64,000 nt of DNA from Eledone cirrhosa (GCA_964016885.1 OZ024740.1:43028001-43092000); one strand, 5' to 3'; shown: positions 19,573 through 38,624, counted from the stretch's first letter. A program made the numbers and translations. Notes: generated by a model from the sequence alone, not told the origin.

Positions 19573-21897
19573 ATGACTAGGGGCCTCGCACCAAATGAAA
19601 GAAAAAAAGAAAAAAGCACCACCTCTCAAGTGGCACCTGACGAGAAAGAACCAATCGAACCAAAATTAATCAATATATCAGCCAAGAAATTAAAACAACC
19701 AGAAATACAACTGTTAGAAAATGGACTGAAGTTCACTCCCACTCCGAAAGCAGATACAGTCGATGTTATAAAAGACACAGAAGAATACTGTCGAAAATTA
19801 CGCTTAGGAGAATTCTTCCAGGGTGTTCAATACGAGGAAGAATCACAGGTGAAAAACAAAAAGAACTTCACACCCCCGCTAAATAGAGATAAATACCTGG
19901 AGGAATACATAACCTGCCTTCACCGATCAGCACGTACAAATACGGCCGAGACGAAGCACAAACGCAACATCCCTACAGACCAACTAATAGCATTGAACAA
20001 GCTACAAAGTGATTCCTCAATAATAATAAAAGAAGCGGACAAAGGTGGAGCAATCGTCATCATGGACACAAACCACTACAAATATATGGTTCTAGCACAC
20101 TTGAATGACGAAAACTTCTACAGGAAAATCACTAAAAACGAAGAAAGGAAATCGAGGAACCAAATAGGCAAACTAACAACAAAGTACCAAAACAACCTAA
20201 CACCAAAAGAAGTAGATTACCTAACCAACTTCGAAATGAAAACCAGCAATTTCTATGGATTACCAAAAATTCACAAATCCATAGAAATCCAAAACAACAT
20301 AAAAGGGAAAAATACATCATACATCGAAGCTCCAAAACCGACAGACTTAAAATTACGCCCCATTATTGCTGGCCCAGCCTCAAGCACACAACGTCTAAGC
20401 AACCTATTAAACATCATACTCAAACCCCTATGTAAAAAAGTTCCAAGCTACATCAGAGATGATATGGAATTCCTTAACTATATCCCCCAAAAAGTACACC
20501 AGAATACAATCCTAGTCAGTTTTGATGTAATAAGCCTGTACACTAACATCCCACACGACCTAGGGATTGAAGCTGTGGACTTCTGGATTACAAAACACTC
20601 AAGTCACATTTAAGAAAGATTCCCCAAAGAATTCATCTTGGAAGGACTTAAATTAGTATTGGAAAACAACCACTTCCTCTTTGACAACGAACTTTATCTA
20701 CAAATAAAAGGAACAGCCATGGGTACCAAAGTGGCCCCTACATATGCAACGCTCGTTATGGGTCACTTAGAGGCAAAATTATATTCCCAACTACAGATAA
20801 CATTCAGTCAAGACTTCGCCTTCTACATTAATAAAAACTGAAAACGTTACCTAGATGACTGCTTCATCTTCTGGAACAGAAGCCAAACAGACCTACAAAA
20901 ATTTTATTCGATCCTAAACAGGTTTCATGAAGCTATAAAATTCACTATGGAATGTAACGAAAAGGAACTGCCCTTTCTAGATATCCTCATCATTAAAGAA
21001 GGGGAAAATATCATAACGGACCTATTTTGCAAACCCACTGACACACACCAATACTTAAATGTCCGGTCAGCACACCCCTCACATACGAAAAGGAACATCC
21101 CCTTCAACATGGCAAGGCGCATCTGCACTATAGCAACACACCCCGTACTACAAGAAAAAAGATTATGTGACCTAAAAAAATTCCTTAAAAAACAAGAATA
21201 CCCGATGAAACTCATCAACGCAGCCATCTCCAAGGCTAAGAACATCCCAATAACAACACTGAGAAACCCAAACCCACAACATAAAAAAGAAAACCCTGCT
21301 ATCTCTTTTGTCATCACTCACAACCCAGGGAACATCAACATTGTGAAAACTGCTAAGCAGTATCTCCCGATTCTACAGCAATCTACCAAAATGAATGCAC
21401 TCTTAAAATACACACATATAATTTATAGCAGACGCCAAGCACCCAAACTTTAAAAAATAATTACCAAGGCAAAATTTACAACCAACATGGAATGAATGCA
21501 AGTGACGAAATGCGGGGACCCTAGATGTGGAACCTGTGAACTCATCGAAGAGGGCAAACAGTTGTCCTTCAAAAACCATGATAATTTCAAGGTCAATGCT
21601 AACATGAACTGCAAAACGAAAAACCTAATATATTGCGCAACATGTCCACAGTGTAAAGAGTATTACATTGGGGTAACCGGAACGCGATTACATGATAGAG
21701 TCCGGGTACATAAACAACAGATTAAAGACCCCAGAGTCAGAAATACCACATGTAGCGCACACTTTGCATCATGCGGGAAGGGAAAATTCACAATCTTCCC
21801 TTTCTTCAAGATATGGTCGGATAACGAACATTTCCGCAGATATAAAGAAGAATTCTTCATTGAAAAATTTAAACCACTACTGAACACGAAAAAATGA
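19573..21897 (+). pseudogene. PLE RT-GIY-YIG polyprotein, single frame with 4 in-frame stops
   Basis: GLKFTP, ADKGGA, FYGLPKIHK, RPII, FDVISLYTNI, GTAMGT, RYLDD, LPFLD, CGDPRCGTC, LIYCATCPQC..YIG; four ORF pieces share one frame. Confidence 0.9.
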
Positions 21898-22193
21898 ATT
21901 AACACTCGGAGGTAAAATTCCATTTCACTACCCCCCCCCTCTTCTTATGTATACACATGAATATCTGAGTGAACGGTGAGGCACACACATATGTGTGTGT
22001 AGGTATGTATGGATGTATGTACGTGTGGGTATATATGTATGTGGGTGTGTGTATATGTGTGTGTGTGTGTATATATATGTATGGATGTGTGTATGTTTGT
22101 ATGTATGTATGTATGTATATATATATATATGTATGTGTGTATGTCTGTATATGTATGTATATGTATATGTATGTATGTGTATGTTTGTATATA

Positions 22194-22226
<33 letters not shown>

Positions 22227-22690
22227 TAGATATATATATATGTTTATATGTGTGTGTATGTATAGGTATGTACCTATATATATGTGTGTGTGTGTATGTA
22301 TGTGCATATATGTATATATGTGTATATGTATGTATGAATGTAGATGTATGTATATATATGTATATATATATGTATGTATATATGAGTCTTTATGTGCTCG
22401 TGTGTACACATATATATATGTATATATGTATGTGTGTATGTATGTGTGTGTATGTATATATATGTATATAAATATATATATATATATATGTATGTATGTA
22501 TATGTATGTGTATGTGTGTATGTGTGTATGTATGTACTTTTATGTCTATGTGTATGTATGTATATATATATATATATGTATATATATGTATGTGTATATA
22601 TATATGGATATATATGTATGTGTATATGTATGTATATGTGTGTATGTGTCTGTATGTGTTTATGTGTACATATATGTATATATATATATG

Positions 22691-22821
<131 letters not shown>

Positions 22822-22916
22822 ATGCCTCTCTATATATGTATATATATATATATGTATGTGTTTATGTGTGTGTGTGTATGCATGTATGTGTGAACGGAGG
22901 TATATATACGGACATA

Positions 22917-22959
<43 letters not shown>

Positions 22960-23072
22960 ACGTGTGTGTATGTGTGTATGTGTGCGTGTATGTGTATATA
23001 TGTATATTTAGTTATGTATCTTTATGTGTGTATATGTACGTATGTGTATGTATGTATGTGTATGTGTATGTG

Positions 23073-23109
<37 letters not shown>

Positions 23110-23115
23110 TCTCTC

Positions 23116-23150
<35 letters not shown>

Positions 23151-23788
23151 ATATATGTGTATATATGTGTATATGTGTGTATATGTATATGTATATGTAT
23201 GTGTATATATGTATGTATATATATATATATATATGTATATATATACCCATGTGGAGGTATGAGTACATATTCGTGTGTGTACGTATGTGTATATGTGTTT
23301 TTATATGTGTCTCTATATGTTTTTGTGTATGTATGTGGAAGTATTTGTACATGGGTGTGTGATTGATGGTGTGTGCCTATATATTCCTACATATGCCCGT
23401 GTGTGTATGTACGTATATACGCACATATGTGTGTGTTGAACAAAGGACTAATTTTGGGATGGACGTAGACAAATTTTTCAGAAAAAAATAAAAAAATAAT
23501 TATTTACAAACTTAGCAGGTGCGATTTGCCTGTGACCATTCTCAACAAAAAGGAATACTAAAAGCTTTTTCCCCCAGAATAAAGGAATTTTTCGAGAATG
23601 ACCGGGGCAGGCCGCACTTGCTACATTTCTCCCCACCCAACCCTACTCACCGTCTCAACTCATTACTGCTATTAACACTTTTTCAACACACCTACACCCA
23701 TACACTTATTAAAGGGGGAGAAAAGAAACCCCCACCACACCACAGACATGTTAAATCCCTATATATAGAACAACACACCACATACACA

Positions 23789-23829
23789 TCAGTTTGACAA
23801 GCGCACCTCAGCGTGAAAGGTCGTTCTGA
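23789..23829 (+). ncRNA. Atypical hammerhead-like motif in pLTR
   Basis: tcag-tTTGACAA-gcgc..gcgt-GAAA-ggtcg-TT-ctga; stem III is imperfect. Confidence 0.45.
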
Positions 23830-23924
23830 AAACGAAACAATACCTCCTACGTTAACCAAGAACTCTTAAGACCTAACCAACAACCAACAACTTAATTTAT
23901 AAAATAATTTTTTCTAATCTGTTA

Positions 23925-24840
23925 TATATAAGTGTGTATACGTACATACATATATGTATACAGACGTACGGTAGTATGTATATACATACATAGATGCACA
24001 CATATATATATGTACGTATGTGTTTACCGAACATTTATTATAATGTTCGGTTTGTTTGTAAACAAACAGCCCGAATTAAGCCGTACAGTGTTCGGCAACC
24101 ATTGTTGCCCTTTTGTTCAACACTGACAAAGGAACGATGAACTAGTTTCTAGCTTATTAGCTGTCATCAGCACCGTATACCTTCCTGTCAGTCGATTGAA
24201 CGTTTGAGAGTATATACTTTCCTTATGCATATTAACGGCTGAGCAGCCTAATTTTCATATCGAGTGAATTAGTCGGCCGAGCGTACCCAAAACGATAAAT
24301 GGAAAAAATGAAATTTCATTTCTCACTCTTAGTACGGCTGATACTTAAATATAAGAATGTATACGTATGCATACGTATACGTATACTGATGTACGGTAGT
24401 ATGTATATATATATACATACATGCACACACACATATATATATATGTACGTATAAGTTTACCGAAAACATTTATTATAATGTTTAGTTGTTTGTAAACAAA
24501 CAGCCCGAATTAAGCCGTACAGTGTTCGGCAATCATCGTTGCCCTTTTGTTCAACACTGACAAAGGAACGATGAACTAGTTTCTAGCTTATTAGCTGTCA
24601 TCAGCACTGTATACCTTCCTGACATATATGTATATACATACATACATTCACACAATCGACAGACAGGATAGTATACGGTGCTGATGACAGTTAATAAGTT
24701 AGAAACTAGTTCATCGTTACTTTGTCAGTGTTGAACAGAATGGCAACGATGGTTGCCGAAAACTGTACGGCTTAATTCGTGCTGCTTGTTTACAAACAAA
24801 GCGAACATTATAATAAATGTTCGGTAAACCCATACGTACA

Positions 24841-24925
<85 letters not shown>

Positions 24926-25030
24926 ATGTATGTATATACTTACTACCGTACGTCTGTATACATATATGTATGTACGTATACATACTTATATCAGCCGTAC
25001 TAAGAGTGAGAAATGATATTTCATTTTTTC
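23925..25030. mobile_element. Diverged relative of the 59-64 kb retrozyme-like unit: ~1.6 units on minus, then one inverted partial unit
   Basis: Shared aacatttattataatgttcg, gtttgtaaacaaac and HHR (plus copy 24675-24717: acggtg-CTGATGA..GAAA-ctag-TT-catcgt). Confidence 0.85.
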
Positions 25031-25274
<244 letters not shown>

Positions 25275-25360
25275 GTATACTCCAGTCCTACAAACTGTAG
25301 CGTGCTTCTTATCCGATATCTGCATTGCTTTATTGTACTACAATAAAACTCACCTTCTAC

Positions 25361-25404
<44 letters not shown>

Positions 25405-25410
<6 letters not shown>

Positions 25411-28400
25411 AATGTTAAACAAGTTTCAATGAATAAATCAAAGAATGAGTTTTACAATAGATTGGAACCACTCAACACCTTTGGTTTTCCGGAGTTATTA
25501 ATATTAATTCAAAATATTAACAAAATAGATATTCTTGTGATCAAGTATATTTATTATACATATTTCAGAGGTATTGAGTTAACTTCAACAGAACGTCCTC
25601 GTCAGATAAAATAAGATGATGCATGACATACCCTGACATAGTAGATGGTTAAGATTCAGTCATGGTAGTGAGTAATATATGACAAAACTCAATATTTTTA
25701 TACCTTAATATTGAAACATGAAAAAAACCTACATATAATACATATAATAGAGCGGGTGCGTGTGAGAAGCTTAAAAAATACATAGCAGCAATATACCTGT
25801 TAGAGATTCAAATAATTTAAATCACTGAAGAAAGAGGAAAGAAAAGAAAGGCATAGAGAAAGAAACAGATGAGGGGATAATATAGCTAATAAGAGCATAG
25901 AAAGCAAAAGAGAGTTGATTGCAGAGAGATAAAGAGGAATCATTTTTATAGTGTAATATATAGGGAGATATTAATTAGAACAACATTTGGGTTAGCTTTA
26001 GGAAAAAGAAAAAAACTCAATTCATTGAATAATTGAATTATCTAAAAGTATTCATCAATCGAAATTTTAAATATAATTGGGTGTATTCATATGAAGGTTA
26101 ATACCAAGTCTTTAGATAATTATCTATATATACAATATATATCCAAACAAATCTGGTTGACCGTTAACATTCAAATCATTTAATTTAAGTTAGTTCAGAG
26201 TAATGAATAATATTTTAGGTTATAAAAGTTAATAAATATTTGTATTAATATTAAAGTATACTCTCATATTTAATTTATAATGTCAAATTTTATGAAATCA
26301 AATTTAAAGGATTTACAAACACGAGAAAGAAAACATAATATTTTTATATACTCACGAAGGTAAACTTTACTAAATTTATTATATAATATTAAATTATTTA
26401 TATTATATTGGAAATAGTTTACAATATATAATTTAGAAAATAATTAGTTATAATTTTAAAATAATTTTAAGATTAACAATTTGAATGCCTAAAGGATCAA
26501 CAGGCCTTATAATTAAACTTTAAAAAGTTTGATTATTAAATTATATATATGCGTTTATCAAAAAATACACAAAGATTATATTGTCTAAAGATTAAGATGA
26601 TACCTCTCAATTAGACATAACATAATACAAAACAATAAATAAGTTACTGATAATATTGTTAAAATTAATGTTTTAGATCAATTATTATAAAGGATAATTT
26701 AATAGATATATACTATAAATATACAAGTCAAAACTTCATGAATCCTAAGGATAAGGACTAGATTCAAAATAAAAACTGAAAAAATAAAAATGAATTGTTT
26801 GCGATCATAAAAGTGCCCAATATAAAAAAATATAGTTTAAAAATGCAAGAGAGTTTTTTTTTATTTATATAATAGACTAACAACACTTCTAAAGTGTCCA
26901 CGAAGATGATAGATAGAGGAGCTAAGGATTTCAATGACCCGAAGGTAACCCGAATTTAATTAAAATAAATTAAATTAAATGAAGTAACGATCGTTATAAA
27001 ATTTAGAACATTAAGAAAATATGTAACAATTATAACAATAGAGAGTCATTTAAGTATCCAAATTACCTATAAATGTAACTAGGAGCATGTTATTATACTA
27101 GATAAACAGATATGTTCAAATATATATATAGAGAGTAATATAGCTATTAGTGAAACGATATACATATAATAAATAAACAATTACAATCATTGTTAGTAGT
27201 GTTATAATTGTAGTTTTACACCCAGTTCGGTGGAAAGAAAGACCAATATTTGTCGACTAGTATCATTTGTGACATTTATACCTAAATATATAAAAAATAA
27301 AATAAAATAAAATAAAAATGTACAAATCTAACTTTCTGAATCCTAAAACATACTCAAAATGAGTAAAATATATAAATGCATCAATGATTTACGGTTCAAT
27401 TATAATCGGTAATCTTATAAGTTATATATCCAAATTATATATTTAAAACAAAAACAAATATATAAGGATCCCAATCTAAATTATATATATCTAAAATAAT
27501 CCAAAGGTGTGCATATTCATCAAGAGAACATGTTAACAAATATTATGTTTATATACCTAAACAGGACCTTTTAGTCTAACATTAATTCTATCATAAGTGA
27601 ATAGAAAATAAAACATTATTAAAGTTTTATAATCTGTTATAACGTTTTAGGTACACAGTTGATAAGAGACGTCAAAAATTAAAACCTGTTTATTTAGTGC
27701 TTTTTACTGACTTTTTGCGAGGCTTGGAATCTAGACAAAGCTTTATGAAGGCAGTTTGAGAATAATTCACATTTTTTGTTAATTAAGTTTTCATAATTAG
27801 GGTAATTAATAGGGTCTCCATAGTACAGAGGTTGCAGTTAGGTGATATTGACGAATTTGAGTAAATTCTACTATTACATAGCTTCGTCCAAAAAATCGAG
27901 TATTTAAAATGTTTTATCTTTTAATGACCATATAAGTTGTGATAAAGAAGTCGAAGACTTCATATTAGTATTCGAAAAAGAGCATTTATGATTCCCGAAC
28001 CTCGATTTAAATGTCGAAGAAGTTGCCCCTATATAGTTGTATGTGATGTTATTTGCTTTTACGGTACATTTATACACCAAATTGCTATCCAGACAATTAT
28101 TTTGCAGAGGGCAATCTGGTTTATTTCTACAATTACATCTCGATTTCTTATTATTATAATTCATATTAACACTATTATTACTTCGAAATGTTCTATTGAT
28201 AGTGCTTATATTGCTGTTAATGTTATTCATAGTATCAATATTGTTAGTGTTATTACATTTATTATTGTTAAATGTATGCTGATTATGGTTTAGAATTCTA
28301 CTATTTAATTTAGCGATGTTTTGGGCCATATTCATAGTTGTAGAATAAGAATGCTTAATTGTGTGTCTATTAAATATGGAACGGTATTTTTGTTGAATAG

Positions 28401-28545
28401 GGATGGAATTATCTAAAGCTTTAAAGAATAGATTAGCGAGTGGTGTTTTTATTGCTACAGAAGGGGGGGGCAGACCATATAACTGGTTTAGTTCTGTTTT
28501 TTTCTAAGATTTATTCACAATACTGGTGTTTGAATTATAATTTTT
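25405..28545 (-). mobile_element. 5'-truncated Naiad-like PLE (GIY-YIG fragment 27720-28500, long AT-rich 3' UTR, HHR at 25549-25611)
   Basis: ORF 27904..28335 CNCRNKPDCPLQNNC..YIGAT; tttat-CTGACGA..GAAA-tatgta-TA-ataaa on minus. Confidence 0.75.
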
Positions 28546-30680
28546 ATAATACGTCGAAACAGACGAACTGGGCCTCCTACTTAGACTTACCTACGACACT
28601 GACTACCTAGACAGCCATGACCTTAGACGTTTCTGCCCTAGTAGACCCATAAGAGGTAGACCCCCCACCATAACCTCAATGGCAAAAAATATTCCCATGG
28701 GAAGGTGGTTTGGGTGGACCAAAGCTATACGGACCCCCCAAAACAATGATCAGGTAAGAAAAAAAGTCGCACATGCAATAGGGGCTAGTATCAAAACTAC
28801 CCTAAAGGGCCACATATTCAAGTTCAACGAGAAGATCTACACCCAAAATGAGAGAGCAGCCATTGGCGTCAGCATAGCTGGTGATGTTGCCAAACTGTTC
28901 ATGGTATGGTGGGAAAGGAGACTTAAAGATCTCCTTAATGAGAGCTCCATAGACCTCATCATGTACTCTCGTTACGTAGACGATATCAATATAGTTATAA
29001 GAACATCCCCACTAGAGAGCACTAACAACTTTGATTTAGAACGTAGCACAATGGAAAGCATCCAGCAGATAGCTAATTCCATACACCAGAGTATAACTGT
29101 AACTATCGACTTCCCTTCCAAACACCCTAACAATAGACTACCTGTATTAGACACGGAACTCTGGATTAACACTATAGACGAGAGAGCCCAAATTCTCCAC
29201 TCACACTATGCTAAACCCATGGCCTCCAAATACCTGATACTCAAAAACTCAGCAATGTCCAGTAGTGCTAAGTTTAATATTCTGATCGCAAATTTGGTAC
29301 GAGTGATGAAGAATGTGTCCCGCATGTGCAACCCAACAGAAATGGAAATACACATCCAACACTTCATCAACCGCATGCAGTTCTCTGGCTACAACCAAAG
29401 AGACAGAGTCAGAGTATACGAAGGAGCCATGGATAAGTATAAGACCCTCATAGAACTGGACATGAAAGGAATTTTCCCATTATACAGGAGCAAATCATGG
29501 AATAGCTTAGATAGGGCTAGACATAAGATAGGGAAAGCCACCTCATGGTACGACAACCAGAGATACCAGAGTGTCATGTCTGTGGACGCTACCCTTGGAG
29601 GTAAATTAGCTAACAAATGTAGAAAGGCCTTGAGAAAGACCCACTTAAAGATTAAGGTCGTAGAAAAGCCAGGAACCACAATAAAATCCCTGATCAGCAA
29701 AACCTACCCTTTTAAGAAAACCCACTCTACTAATAGGAAATGTATCATATGTAAGGTAAATCCCCCGGATAAACTGTAAAACTAGAAACGTAGTCTATAG
29801 CATAAGATGTACAGAGGGTACTTGCAGAAACACGACAACAACATACATAGGTGAGACAGCTCGTAGCATAGGTGAAAGGATAGACCAACACTGGGGGAAA
29901 CTAAAAGGACGAAAAAACGGATCAGTACTATACGAACATGCCAGACAACAACACGATGGTAACATAGACAACATAGAAATTAGAATAATATCTAAACATA
30001 GAAATGACCCAGCAGATAGGCAAATCAGGGAGGCCAGGGAAATAGAACTTAGAAGGCCATGACTAAACAGAAAGAATGAATGGAATACCAACACCCAAAC
30101 AAACAACACTGACCTTAGAAAATTATAAATAAATAGATAAATAAATAAATGAATACATACACAAGCACAATAACAACAAACACATATAAACACACACTAG
30201 TAAAGATAGAATACATTAACCGATACACAGTCACCCAATCACGAACACACATCAAACAAAACACTATACACACACGCAAACGCATGCGCAAAGAAGACAA
30301 AATAAAATAAACAAACAAACAAATAAATAAATAAATAAATAAATAAATAAATATATAGACAGACTAAATTAAAATGGCGTAGACATACAATGTAACGGGA
30401 GGAAACAATAGCACCACTGACGATGTTGCAGATGTGCAACGAAAGAACTTTGATAAACTATATATATGTGTTTGTGTCTATATTGTATCTGTATTATTTT
30501 TGACCGTCGGTCAGTCAATGGCAATATTGAGGACCGAATAAATTAGATTACCGATATAAAAGTCACAGAAGAGAAAAGCGAAAACCAACCAAACAGTGAG
30601 TGTGTTCTGTTATTAATTCTGGCAATATTACACAAATATGACCCTGCCCAAGTATAACAATATTTGTTTCGACACATGAT
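28546..30680 (+). mobile_element. 5'-truncated PLE (RT 28679-29779, frameshifted GIY-YIG to ~30120, pLTR with HHR at 30413-30454)
   Basis: AAIGVSIAG, RYVDD, LPVLD, VYSIRC..YIGETARS; CTGACGA-t-gttgca..tgcaac-GAAA. Confidence 0.85.
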
Positions 30681-30695
30681 GTCATATAAAAAACT

Positions 30696-33377
<2,682 letters not shown>

Positions 33378-33399
33378 CTTATATATATATATAAATGTA

Positions 33400-36300
33400 A
33401 ATATCGTTAAGTCGTTTGGAAGCCTCGACAATGCAAATGGGTAAATCTCCGGGTAACAAGGTCCGGTGGTGGAGAGAGAGATGTAGGTGGGTGTACGTTG
33501 AGATGCGTGGTGTGTATAAGATGTGTGAGATGTGTAGAATGAAGGGAAGAGTATAAAGGATAAAATTAAAATAACAACACAAGAGAGAGTTACCTTGGGA
33601 CAGATTTAATAGTCCCTATATATTTCGGATTCATATCCATCAACTGGGGGTTTTTTCCGGGGTGGGGGAAAAGGTTGTCTGTCGGACAAGTCCGGAACGC
33701 GTCCTTCGCTGTTTGTTGTTTTGAATATCTGAGGTATTCGGCAGAGCGCGCGTGCGCGTGAAATGGGGTCGGTCGTACAGAGGTCAGCGGCCGAATGAGG
33801 GAGTGGGATGGCGCTAGCTGTCAGTCCATTCTCTGCCTGCTTGTTAAATGTTACTGTGTGTGTGCGTGTGTTGTTGTCTCGCTTGAGTGTGTGTGTGTGT
33901 GTGTGTGCGTGTGTTGTTGCCTTGTTCCTCTGTATTGGCAGTGTAGTATGTTCGTATGGTGGAATGCTACTGTGTGTGTGTGCGTGTGTGTGTAGTTGTC
34001 TCGTTTGCGTGTGTGTGTGCGTGTGTTGTGTGTTGTTGCATCGCTTGTTAACTTAAACCAGCCATCTCATTTCGCTTCTCTCTGATCGGTTGTTTATTTG
34101 CGGTTGCAGTCGTTTGATAAAAAGCGCTTCCTTGATACGTAACGTGCCGACGTTTCTTTCAGTCGCTAGAATTGTGACAATGGGTCTTCCGTCTTTGTTT
34201 CCGCATTTGTCTATGTGTTTCCGGAAAGACGAGGCCCTGGTTTTAGTGTGTTCCTTGAACCGGATGTGCAAATGTCGAATTGTGCTACCTATGTAGTATT
34301 GGTTGCACCTGTCACATTCTATCTCATACACGACGTATGTGTGTAGGCAACAGTTCGCATGGCGTATCGGGCAGTATCTGAGGGAGCATGCGTCAGTAGA
34401 TTTTTCAGGTTTCCTGGAGAGGCATCTTCGCAGGGAGGGGCCCGAGTGGGCCAGGTGGATGTCGAGGCCCTCCCTCCGTATAGCCTTGCGGATCGCGTTG
34501 GTGGTTTTCTCGCCCAGGTGTGGCATTTTAAGGAAGCACTTGCCTTGGGTGCTTCTCTGTCTCTTGCGTCTGGTGTCTTCTATTCTGTCTGTGATTGAGG
34601 TAGGGTACTCGTTCGTCTCCAGCACCTCGAGGAATCGCTTGGTATGAGTGACACCACTCGCGGGATCGCTGCATCTGTTTTTGATTCGCGCGATCTCGTT
34701 CGTGATGTATCCTCTTTTGGCACTGTTAGGGAGGGCGGACTTGTAGTGAACGAATAGGTCCCTGCAGGCTGCCTTTCGGTAGAAGTTGCAGTGGATCCTT
34801 CCCTGTTCCGTGATGTTGATTCGGAAGTCGAGGAAGGCAAGTGACCCGTCTTCGTTGGCGTGTTCAACACTGAAGTCAATGTTCTCGTCCGTGTTGTTGA
34901 ACGTCTCATAGATTCTGTTCGCCACTGTCTTGGAAAGATGTGAGGATGAGGATATCGTCCACGTACCTTGAGAAAAAGGCTACGGCGTTGGGGTGGCAGG
35001 CGTTGAGTGCCTTGCGTTCGAGGTTGTCCATGTAAGAGATCGCTAGCACACCTGATAGGCTTGATCCCATGGGCAATCCCGAGGTTTGTTGGTATATTTG
35101 GTCAAGGAATCCGAAGTAGGTGTTGTCGACGACGATGGATAGGAGTTGGTGGATGTCAGTGGTGGTGAGCCCGAAGCAGTGTAGGTCGGTGGATTGGACG
35201 CGTTCCATTAGTATATTGACGGCTGGGAGTGCCGGGACCGAGGTGTAGAGAGCGACTACGTCAAGGCTGAAGGCATATCTGTTATTCCTTCTGGTGTCGG
35301 GATCCATTTGATGCAGGCGCTTCAACACCTCCTCGGAGCTGTTAACGTGTCCCGGCAAGGTGTCTAAGATGGGTTTGAGTATTCTGGCTAGGAGCCATGA
35401 AATTTTGTAGAGTGGTCCCTCCACGCTCGATACGATGGGCCTGATTTTCAGGTTGGGTCCCTGTTTGTGTGTTTTCACGAGGCGGTAGAAGGCGGGTAGT
35501 CTGCTGTTCCTCGTGAGGAGTTTGTATCTGAGCTTCTTCGGGAGCTTCCGCCAGAAGAGGTTGTCAGCGTCAAGGTGTTGGAGGGCCAGGGTGTTGTAGG
35601 CCTCTCTGCTGATGACGCAGAATTCTTTTCCCTTGTCGGAGGGGAGATAGATGAGGTTCTTAGATTTTAGGTTGGAGAGAGTGGTGAGTTGAGATTTGGT
35701 GAGGTTATGTGTTGTGCGTGTGTGTGTTTGTGAAGTATATCCGAGATGGAGTGTTTTAGCCTGATGAGTTTAGTGTCGAGTTCGTGGTTCGTGGGTGGGG
35801 GGTGGAGTGGGTTGTCGGGGTTGTAAGTGGGGAACTTGGGGTGGGTTGCGTCGGCGCTGTTATTTTCTGTGGCGCTGTTGATGGCGGTCACCCATTTAAG
35901 TTGGTAAGCGGCTCGACAAAAGTTGGCCTCGATGTTGAGTTTGAGTCTGTCGTCGAGACGTTGTGTGACGATGAACTTAGGTCCGAGGTGTAGGAGTTTC
36001 AGCTCGTCGCTCGTGAGAGTGCCGGTTAGGTCGGTTACCAGGTGCGTCGCATCGTTGAGGTATGGCTCGGTGTTGGTGGTTGCGGCGGTGGCGGTTGTTA
36101 AGTTGTTGTTTTCCACGTGGTTCTGGTCCGTCTGTTCGTTAGTGTCGATGTTCCTGTTGTGGCGTTTCGACCTCATCCACTCATATTTTAGCTTGAGCCG
36201 TTTTTTCTCGTATTGGACTCCGGAGTGGTAGCACTGGTCGATTGCTTTAGTGATTTTCAGGAGCAAGTCCCCGGGTGCTATTGGCAGTCGATGTGTCCGC

Positions 36301-37650
36301 TCTGAGAGTGTCCGCTTATAACGTGTAATTGGCGGTTGAGATGTCTCAGGATCTGTTTAATACACGTGCGATGTATGCGGTTAGTGGTGTTTTGGAAGGC
36401 TGGTGTACGTAGGCTTACTGGTAAGCGGATGTTCTTGATGGTGTTGGGGATGACATCGTTTTTTAGGCAGCGTTTCAGGAAAATAATTTGGCAGCCAGCG
36501 TTGGCCCATTTCTCCGACAGTCTAAACAGTTCCCTTACGGATGCAAAAAATTCCTGGCTCAGGTGTAAGGATAAGAGAGTATTGAAGTTTGCTTGAATCA
36601 TTGTGGAACAATAAGTAAATAACTTTAAGTCGTTTGGAAGCCTCGACAATGCAAATGGGTAAATTTCCGGGTGTATAAGATAGAATGTGACAGGTGCAAT
36701 CAATACTACATAGGTAGCACAATTCGACCTTTGCACATCCGGATCAAGGAACACACTAAAACCAGGGCCTCGTCTTTCCGGAAACACATAGACAAATGCG
36801 GAAACAAAGACGAAAGGCCCATTGTCACAATTCTAGCGACTGAAAGAAACGTCGGCACGTTACGTATCAAGGAAGCGCTTTTTATCAAACGACTGCAACC
36901 GCAAATAAACAACCGATCAGAGAGAAGCGAAATGAGATGGCTGGTTTAAGTTAACAAGCGATGCAACAACACACAACACACGCACACACACACACACGCA
37001 AACGAAACAACTACACACACACACGCACACACACACAGTAGCATTCCACCATACGAACATACTACACTGCCAATACAGAGGAACAAGTCAACAACACACG
37101 CACACACACACACACACACTCAAGCGAGACAACAACACACGCACACACACAGTAACATTTAACAAGCAGGCAGAGAATGGACTGACAGCTAGCGCCATCC
37201 TACTCCCTCATTCGGCCGCTGACCTCTGTACGACTGACCCCTTTTCACGCGCACGCGCGCTCTGCCGAATTCCTCAGATATTCAAGACAACAAACAGCGA
37301 AGGACGCGTTCCGGACTTGTCCGACAGACAACCTTTTCCCCCACCCCGGAAAAAAAACCCAGTTGATGGATGTGAATCCGAAATATATAGGGACTATTAA
37401 ATCTGTCCCAAGGTAACTCTCTCTTGTGTTGTTATTTTTATTTTATCCTTTATACTCTTCCCTTCATTCTACACATCTCACACATCTTATACACACCACG
37501 CATCTCAACGTCCACCCACCTACATCTCTCTCTCCACCACCGGACCTTGTTACCCGAAGATTTACCCATTTGCATTGTCGAGGCTTCCAAACGACTTAAA
37601 GATATTTACTTATTGTTCCACAATGCTTCAAGCAAACTTCAATACGCTCA
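33400..37650 (-). mobile_element. Near full-length Penelope/Poseidon-like PLE with inverted upstream pLTR (36672-37650)
   Basis: 33400-34335 is the reverse complement of 36672-37605; the pLTR overlaps both the ORF start and the ORF end. Confidence 0.9.
34053..36601 (-). pseudogene. PLE RT-GIY-YIG ORF, frameshifted
   Basis: FLKRCLKNDVIP, LGPKF, KTHK..IRPIVS, SLDVVALYTSV, GLPMGS, RYVDD, LAFLD, VVYEIECDRCNQYYIGST. Confidence 0.9.
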
Positions 37651-37672
37651 TATATATATATATAATATATAC

Positions 37673-37931
<259 letters not shown>

Positions 37932-38011
37932 GATAAGCAGAACAAGTAAAATTCAATAAATTTTTCAAAATACATTAAAAAATATAATATAAATATTTAC
38001 CTCTCCTAGTG

Positions 38012-38611
<600 letters not shown>

Positions 38612-38624
38612 ATATATATATAAG

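Noticed and set aside
20839-20841. TGA read-through or alternative genetic code in the Neptune-like ORF
   Set aside because: It is probably a mutated Trp codon before KRYLDD; the same frame also has TAA stops, consistent with decay
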